64,000 bases of DNA, taken from assembly GCA_021792395.1 (NCBI GenBank), contig JAJYUR010000002.1, positions 5,592 to 69,591 of the forward strand, in the 5' to 3' direction. A model generated the notes under the pieces. That model saw only the letters and a list, made by a program, of their open reading frames with translations. It made no database searches and was not told the origin of the DNA. The DNA is from Candidatus Micrarchaeota archaeon. Its GTDB lineage: Archaea; Micrarchaeota; Micrarchaeia; Micrarchaeales; Micrarchaeaceae. Positions 58,014 through 64,000 of this stretch are shown here, in pieces. Numbering within the stretch: position 1 is the stretch's first letter; every line of letters starts with the position of its first letter. The translations under genes were made by a program, and so were the position numbers.

Positions 58014-59372
58014 ATGGACTCTATCCTAGGCACCTATAACGCAGCATGGCTTTTGCTTAATGGGTACAATATATCTTCGTTGCTGAGGGGCAAAAATCCC
58101 GAAGAAGCAGTGGAGAAGCTAGACGCATATCAGAAACTGGATTATTCGTCTTTTCCTAAAATATCCCTCCTTGTGCCTGCATATAAAGAGGCAAATGTCA
58201 TAAGCACTACAATAAGAAATACGATGGCATCCGCATACCCTAAGGACAAGCTGGAACTTTTAGCACTAGTGGAAAAGGACGACCCGGATACGCTTATGGA
58301 AGTGTCAAAAATAATGCAATCAGAGAAGGGTGTCAGGCTAATAATGGTTAGCGGGAAACACTATAAGAACAAGCCCAACGCTCTCAACCACGGCCTGCAA
58401 CTCGCCAATGGCGAAATAATAGGGGTAGTGGATGCGGAAGACATGATATCAAAGTCGCTTCTTGCCAAAGCGGCATATTATATAAAAACCGAAAAATACG
58501 ATGCCGTCCAGGGAATATTGGACATGTCAAATGATTTTGATGGATGGAAGAACATGATGCAGCGCGCAGAATATGCCTATTGGTTCAGGCATATGCTTCC
58601 TGGGCTTGAAAGGTCTGGATATCCTGTGCCATTCGGCGGCACAACAAACTTCTTTAAAGCAAATGTAATAAAAGCAATGGGTGGATGGGACCCAAAGAGC
58701 CTTACGGAGGACTTTGACATTGGCATAGCATTCTTCAACCGCAACTATAAGGCAGTCTCAATACCGGGCAATGCGGAAAACGCTGATGCATCTGCCAGTG
58801 CGGCCAGTACCGACGCCGCACTAGGTGCATCTGTCGTTAAAAGCGGCAGCAATGTTAAAATAATCAAATCCGTTACGCGTGAAGAATCGCCTACCAATTG
58901 GAATTCGTGGCTGCGGCAAAGGACGCGTTGGCAGCAAGGAAAGATCCAGGCTGCCAGGAAATACGCTGCGAATCCGCCCAATACAAAGCGTGGCAAATTT
59001 CATACATCTATGGCTGTCGCAGCCCCGCACATAGCAATATTGAACGTAAGCGGCATCGCCTTAAGCACATACGCATTGCTTACACATTCCCTGGACCTTC
59101 CAATAACCTTGATAACCTATGTAAACATGGGTGCGGTCATGGCATACTGTGCCGCTAATGCCCTAAGCTATATGGAGGTGACCAAACAGGAACAAACGAA
59201 GCACCGCATTGCAAAAGCCTTTGTTGTGGGCATCACTACGCCAGCATATTGGGTCATGCAGTGGGTTGCAGATGCACGGGCGCTCAAGCTGGAGTATGTA
59301 AACAAATCAACAAGATGGGAAAAGACCTCTCACATGGGCAGGCACTTCAACAACAAAAGCGAGCGAAATTAG
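58014..59372 (+). CDS. family 2 glycosyltransferase with C-terminal TM helices (processive-type Q(R/Q)xRW motif)
   Basis: ISLLVPAYKEANVI, VVDAED, TEDFD and QRTRWQQG. An Ala/Ser-rich insertion (NAENADASASAASTDAALGAS) precedes the QxxRW motif. Confidence 0.75.
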   Translation: MDSILGTYNAAWLLLNGYNISSLLRGKNPEEAVEKLDAYQKLDYSSFPKISLLVPAYKEANVISTTIRNTMASAYPKDKLELLALVEKDDPDTLMEVSKIMQSEKGVRLIMVSGKHYKNKPNALNHGLQLANGEIIGVVDAEDMISKSLLAKAAYYIKTEKYDAVQGILDMSNDFDGWKNMMQRAEYAYWFRHMLPGLERSGYPVPFGGTTNFFKANVIKAMGGWDPKSLTEDFDIGIAFFNRNYKAVSIPGNAENADASASAASTDAALGASVVKSGSNVKIIKSVTREESPTNWNSWLRQRTRWQQGKIQAARKYAANPPNTKRGKFHTSMAVAAPHIAILNVSGIALSTYALLTHSLDLPITLITYVNMGAVMAYCAANALSYMEVTKQEQTKHRIAKAFVVGITTPAYWVMQWVADARALKLEYVNKSTRWEKTSHMGRHFNNKSERN

Positions 59373-59397
59373 TAAACTATTTAAATGCTATCAGAGA

Positions 59398-60579
59398 ATG
59401 TTAAGAGGTGTAAAAATGAGCAATTGGGGAAAACTGCTTCCTTACCTGTTTCTGTTGTTTACCATTGGATTCGGATGGTTCATACTGTCTCCGCTAATAC
59501 CGCTACTGATTTCTGCGTTCGGCATAAAGCTGGCGTATGCAATACAGCTTATATCCCTATACGGATATACAATGGTGATATTAGGATTGTTAGCAGGCTG
59601 GATGTCTGCAAAGTTTACCGTCAAGCTAGCGCTGTATCTTGCGGCAGTAATCTCTATAATAGGATTAATAGGCAGGGCACTGTCCCCTGATTATGCAGTC
59701 TTGCTTTTATTCCAGGTAATAGCTGCAATCGCTTACCCGCTTGCAATGGCTCCTGTAGGGAGCGTTGCCGCATCGCTGTTCAAGGACAAATCGCATACTG
59801 TCGTGGGCATAAGCGTTGGCGTGCTGTTTTTGGGGATGGCTGTAGGTGCATTCAGCGGTCCTTCGCTGTCGGCTGCATTCGGTCTGTCAGGAACCTTCTG
59901 GGTGACTGCAATACTCGCAGTAATAGCCGCAGTATGGATATTCTTCGGCATAAAGGGCTATCCTACAAACTACAAGGGCAAATCGCTTAAGGGTGCATTC
60001 AAGTGGGGCATGCTAAAGAACTGGTATGTTGGATTGGTAATATCATCGGCATCCGTAATGTTCGGAGGCATAGCATCTACCGTACTGCTTGACATCCACC
60101 ACTTTTCCGTCCTGACTGCTATAGGTTACGGAGGGCTTTTGGGAGGGCTGGCATTCCTCGGCTCTGCATTCGGCGCCATAATACTTCCGCCAATATTTGA
60201 GAAGTACAAACAGATAAGGATGGGCATGGTGCTTACGGGCATCCTCTCATTCGTATTTGTCGTGTCCATCGCATACTACCTGTCATTCATACCTATGATT
60301 GCAGTCCTGATACTGTCGTTCTTCTTCTTCGGATTTTTCGGGAACGCATTCTGGTCAATGGCAATGGCGTCGACTACAAACTACGTTTCGGATCCTGCAA
60401 AGGCAGGATTTGCAACGTCAATGTACAGCGTAGCTACAAACCTTGGGGTGGCATTCGTGCCAGTATTCCTCGGGCCGGTGTTCATTACGAACGCTTCGCT
60501 TGCTGTCGGTGTCGTAGTTGTGATAGAATTCGTCGCACTGCTCATGGCCTTCCTGATGAAGACCAGAGCAGGAAAGTAA
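59398..60579 (+). CDS. MFS-type transporter
   Basis: 393 aa with about 12 hydrophobic helices in a 6+6 arrangement. Confidence 0.65.
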   Translation: MLRGVKMSNWGKLLPYLFLLFTIGFGWFILSPLIPLLISAFGIKLAYAIQLISLYGYTMVILGLLAGWMSAKFTVKLALYLAAVISIIGLIGRALSPDYAVLLLFQVIAAIAYPLAMAPVGSVAASLFKDKSHTVVGISVGVLFLGMAVGAFSGPSLSAAFGLSGTFWVTAILAVIAAVWIFFGIKGYPTNYKGKSLKGAFKWGMLKNWYVGLVISSASVMFGGIASTVLLDIHHFSVLTAIGYGGLLGGLAFLGSAFGAIILPPIFEKYKQIRMGMVLTGILSFVFVVSIAYYLSFIPMIAVLILSFFFFGFFGNAFWSMAMASTTNYVSDPAKAGFATSMYSVATNLGVAFVPVFLGPVFITNASLAVGVVVVIEFVALLMAFLMKTRAGK

Positions 60580-60585
60580 GGGGTA

Positions 60586-61458
60586 TTATTTTTCAAGCTC
60601 CTTCATCAGTGCGCCTCTCATCGCGTCTACTGGAGCATCCCTACCAGTAAAAAGCTTAAATGCAAATATGCCCTGGTGTAAAAGCAGAGCATCTCCCGTT
60701 ATGATTGTGCATCCAGCTTTCTGCGCGTCCATTATGAGCCTATTCTCCAATGGCACATAGTTAGCATCAAACACGACCATACCCTTCCTTAAAAGTTTTC
60801 CATCTATCGGCGTATCTGTGTCATTCTCAAGCGTTACGGTAGTCGCATTTATGAGTATGTCTGTATGTGCTATGGCCTCCGCAATATCGGGTCCATTAAG
60901 CTCAAAAACGCCTACATCTGCACCGAATGCCTTCTTCAGGCCTGAAGCCAAAGCATGTGCATGCTCGATGCCGCTCTGCCTGTTTACTATTGCAAGCTTC
61001 GGGTTTTTCACGGATGCAAAAAGCTCATATGCGAACGCACGGGCCGCGCCGCCTGCGCCAATCACTGTAAAGGACTTGTTGTCCAGCGATGCATGCTCCC
61101 TTAACGCACTTATGAAACCTAATCCATCCGTATGAAATCCGGTTATCGCGCCATTCGAATTTATCAGCGTATTTACAGCACCGATGCGTTCCGCTGTCTT
61201 ATCTATCCTGTCTATGTATTTCAGTGCTTCCTCTTTGTGCGGGCTGGTAAGTGTCATTCCCCTAATTCCAAAGACGCGCATGCTCTCGATTGCGCCCTTC
61301 AAGCCCAATTTATCAACATCAAAAGCAAGGAATACTGCATCAATGTCAAGGGCTTTGAATGCCGCATTGTGCATCGCAGGCGAAAGGGAATGCCTTGCTG
61401 GCATCCCTATTATGCAGAAGAACTCTGTTTTGTTTCCTGATATGCTTATTTCCATCAA
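60586..61458 (-). CDS. aroE: shikimate dehydrogenase
   Basis: FCIIGMPARHSLSPAMHNAAFKAL..., TLTSPHK, NTLI and GAGGAARA. Confidence 0.85.
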   Translation of the reverse strand: MMEISISGNKTEFFCIIGMPARHSLSPAMHNAAFKALDIDAVFLAFDVDKLGLKGAIESMRVFGIRGMTLTSPHKEEALKYIDRIDKTAERIGAVNTLINSNGAITGFHTDGLGFISALREHASLDNKSFTVIGAGGAARAFAYELFASVKNPKLAIVNRQSGIEHAHALASGLKKAFGADVGVFELNGPDIAEAIAHTDILINATTVTLENDTDTPIDGKLLRKGMVVFDANYVPLENRLIMDAQKAGCTIITGDALLLHQGIFAFKLFTGRDAPVDAMRGALMKELEK

Positions 61459-61464
61459 AAGGCC

Positions 61465-62778
61465 TCAGATTATGGCTCCATTGTCCTTTACGCTTTTTTG
61501 AAGAATCGATATCTCTACATCCTTTGCCTTTATGTTTTTTTCTATCGCAAGCTTCGATGCCGCAGCTGCGGCCATGCCCATTGCCATTGCAGTGCCTGTC
61601 ACTCTGGCACTCGCCTGCGCATAGAACTCGGCGCTCAGGCATCTTCCTATAGCAAACAGGTTGCTAATACCCTTCACAACAATCGCTCTGTAGGGTATCT
61701 GGTACCACGAGCCGTCGCCCCCGTTGGAATGGCGGTATATAACCCCTAATTTTGGATCGTGGACTTCGACAGGATGCCCACATCTGGCTATTGCATCATC
61801 AAAGCGTGCATTGTTCATGACATCATTCTCTTTGAGTATATATTCGCCAACCGCACGGCGTGTCTCCCTAAGCCCTATGGACGGGGCCGAATCAAGAAGG
61901 TATGCCTCACCAAAGCCGTCTATCCATTTTATCAGAAATTTCAACGAAGATTCAACCTGCAATCTCGCATCGTTTATTGCAGAAGCCATCTGTTTTCCAT
62001 CTGTAAAGTCATTGATGTCGACATGCGTAGCATTGCATACATATTCGCCTTCCCTGCTAGTGTTAAACAAAAATTCAGAATTTGCATGCGGGAGGTAAAG
62101 CCCCTCCTTCTTACCTTCGTCTACCAGTTTCTGCATAACCCTTATCCTGCTTAATTTGTTGCCATCCATCACTACCGATACAAGATCAGCATTCTTCTTT
62201 GAAAATTCTATCACTTTGGCAGCATCAATATTGCCTATCCTGAAAGGCAATGTAGCTTCCTGATGCATGCCGCTGCCTTCCATCCCGCTCATCGTCACGG
62301 CGCCTGCATGGAATGCGAGATCTGCGTCGCCGCTCGAATCTATAAACATCTTGCCCGATATATTTACTTCGCCTTTCTTGCTTGAAATTATCACATTTTT
62401 TATTGTGTTGTTTTCAACAACAACTGAACTTACTAAGGAACCGAAGTACACGCTTATTCCATAACTTTTGGATAGTGCATCTAAAGCAAGCTTCATCTCA
62501 TCAGGTCTGAATGGCACAAAATTGCCCACTTTTCCTGCAGTGCCCCTATAATCCTCGAGCCATTTCACTACCTCGTCCGCTACGCCTCCGACTATTTTTT
62601 CTTTTCCATCGTATGTGTACATGCCTAGTATAGAAAGAACGTAGCCGTTAGTCCAGTTCCCCCCGAGCATGAAGTGCCTTTCCAATATCGCAGTCTTGAG
62701 CCCCAGTTTCGCAGCAGAGAACGCAGCTCCGATGCCTGCTGGTCCACCCCCAACAACCACAACGTCATAATCCTCCAT
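61465..62778 (-). CDS. FAD-dependent oxidoreductase
   Basis: The ATG at 62776-62778 gives MEDYDVVVVGGGPAGIGAAFSAAKLG (Rossmann GxGxxG). The longer track ORF extension looks non-coding. Confidence 0.7.
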   Translation of the reverse strand: MEDYDVVVVGGGPAGIGAAFSAAKLGLKTAILERHFMLGGNWTNGYVLSILGMYTYDGKEKIVGGVADEVVKWLEDYRGTAGKVGNFVPFRPDEMKLALDALSKSYGISVYFGSLVSSVVVENNTIKNVIISSKKGEVNISGKMFIDSSGDADLAFHAGAVTMSGMEGSGMHQEATLPFRIGNIDAAKVIEFSKKNADLVSVVMDGNKLSRIRVMQKLVDEGKKEGLYLPHANSEFLFNTSREGEYVCNATHVDINDFTDGKQMASAINDARLQVESSLKFLIKWIDGFGEAYLLDSAPSIGLRETRRAVGEYILKENDVMNNARFDDAIARCGHPVEVHDPKLGVIYRHSNGGDGSWYQIPYRAIVVKGISNLFAIGRCLSAEFYAQASARVTGTAMAMGMAAAAASKLAIEKNIKAKDVEISILQKSVKDNGAII

Positions 62779-62876
62779 GAAACCACAAATCATATTACGC
62801 TGCAAATAAATATAAACAGCATAATCCAACAAGTAGCGGGCAGGCAACAACGATTGTATAGTTATTATGGTTTGCC

Positions 62877-63581
62877 TTAAAACACATGCTCGTAATCTAA
62901 AAGCCAAATCCATAAAGGAACAAATCTTACTGATTTTCCATTAATAGTCTGCGTATGACTAAAATCCCATGTTATCACGTTGAGATTGTTGCAATGCTGC
63001 TCTTCCGAAGCTTTCAAAAGCGATTTTAGCTCTCTTTCATTGACCTCTTCTATGCTTGACACATAAGTGACTTGAATTAAAGCCTCTGTGTCATTGTTTT
63101 TTCTCAAAAGAAAATCTACCTGATCTTGATTCGAATTCTTCCAATAATAAAGGCTATGATCCCTATGCCAATACTCTATGCGACGTTTCAATTCAACAGC
63201 TACTAAGTTCTCCATCAGCCTGCCCCTATCATTTATAGATCTGGGATATACTGTTAAGGCCATGCCCATATCTAACGCATAGATTTTTTTCGGGGCTTTT
63301 ATGCTTTCCTTGAGCTTATTCGAAAATCTTTGGATTCTAAAAACCACATACGCATTCTCTAAGTAACCAATCCACTTGCTTATAATGTTCGATGTATTTA
63401 TTCCTACTATGTTCTTGAGCTTATTCGATGTCATTTCTCTGGAGAAATTTGCCATCATATAATTTGACAGGTGCTTGAATTCAGAGGGATTATTTATCCT
63501 GTATACCTTTGCCGCTACTTGTCCTGCGGATAAATCGGCTGGCATTGTGGCTCCGAAGAAGCCTCCGAGATCTGCGCCCAT
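62877..63581 (-). pseudogene. N-terminally truncated AAA_14/DUF4143-family ATPase gene (P-loop half missing)
   Basis: The retained part matches the DUF4143 half (NKLKNIVGINTSNIISKWIGYLENAYVVFRIQRFS...KKIYALDMG...YYWKN..QDQVDFLL). No Walker A-containing region is found upstream in any frame that I read. Confidence 0.45.
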
Positions 63582-63789
63582 TGAACCTGCGAGGATAGAG
63601 AACTTGAGCCTTATGATTTATTGAAAGTATATGTAGATGTAGAACTGATGAGGGAGCGTATTGAAAAGGAGAGATCGGAGAAGCAGACACAACTCAGTAT
63701 GATATAAGATGAAAAATATGGAATATCTTAATACAGAAAGGCTTATATATGTAAATTACTATAATAGTATAGTAAAAAACATATATAGG

Positions 63790-64000
63790 ATGGAAATGAA
63801 CAAAGAAGAGACTAAGATATTACGCTATCTTTCGGATAGCCTGGGCAACGGTGGCAATATACTCAGTATGTCAGACGGAATAAGGAAAAAATATGGACCA
63901 GCTTACTATCCAAACATCTACAATACAATAATGAGATTGGAAAAGAAGGGAATACTATCTACTATTATTGATGGCAATAACAGACAAATAAGATTGGATA
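63790..64000 (+). CDS. winged-helix DNA-binding protein (N-terminal part; runs off the window)
   Basis: The ATG at 63790 gives MEMNKEETKILRYLSDSLGNGGNILSMSDGIRKKYGPAYYPNIYNTIMRLEKKGILSTIIDGNNRQIRLD, a wHTH-like pattern. Absent from the ORF track because it is open-ended. Confidence 0.35.
   Translation, partial: MEMNKEETKILRYLSDSLGNGGNILSMSDGIRKKYGPAYYPNIYNTIMRLEKKGILSTIIDGNNRQIRLD

Overview
Archaeal chromosomal window, moderately AT-rich with heavy ATA/AAA codon use. It is dominated by housekeeping genes. Archaeal hallmarks are thermosome, RadA, PCNA, TFE, aIF2-alpha, AglB, class I LysRS, e-type ribosomal proteins, a tRNA splicing endonuclease, and the archaeal adk-DUF106-L34e-cmk-L14e block. 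Also present are gyrB/gyrA, a nuoABCD module, an Lhr-type helicase, a two-subunit 2-oxoacid:ferredoxin oxidoreductase, and the r-protein run L3-L4-L23-L2-S19-L22-S3. I found four tRNA genes by hand folding: Lys-CUU, Gly-CCC, initiator Met and Ile-UAU. Three carry introns with textbook bulge-helix-bulge motifs, and one of these introns sits in the T-loop at 59/60. That tRNA lies about 0.5 kb from an unusually long (388 aa), apparently three-unit splicing endonuclease. Together these resemble what has been described for ARMAN-2/Micrarchaeota-like archaea, but that lineage guess is inference only. Most interesting points: (1) a Pcc1/KEOPS-like ORF missing from the ORF track, with no in-frame start, sitting in frame behind the L15e TAG stop, and reachable from an upstream ATG through a U_UUA_AAU -1 slippery heptamer; (2) the T-loop-intron tRNA-Lys next to the long EndA; (3) a tRNA-Ile with a genomically encoded UAU anticodon; (4) a small AT-richer island next to tRNA-Ile, holding a pentapeptide-repeat protein with a perfect 45-bp tandem duplication plus an orphan 342-aa protein; (5) lineage-specific add-ons on conserved proteins (AglB, TFE, L22) and a free-standing ThrRS-type editing domain. 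No CRISPR array, rRNA or clear mobile element was seen. All calls rest on reading motifs by eye; no database search was possible, and start codons are approximate.
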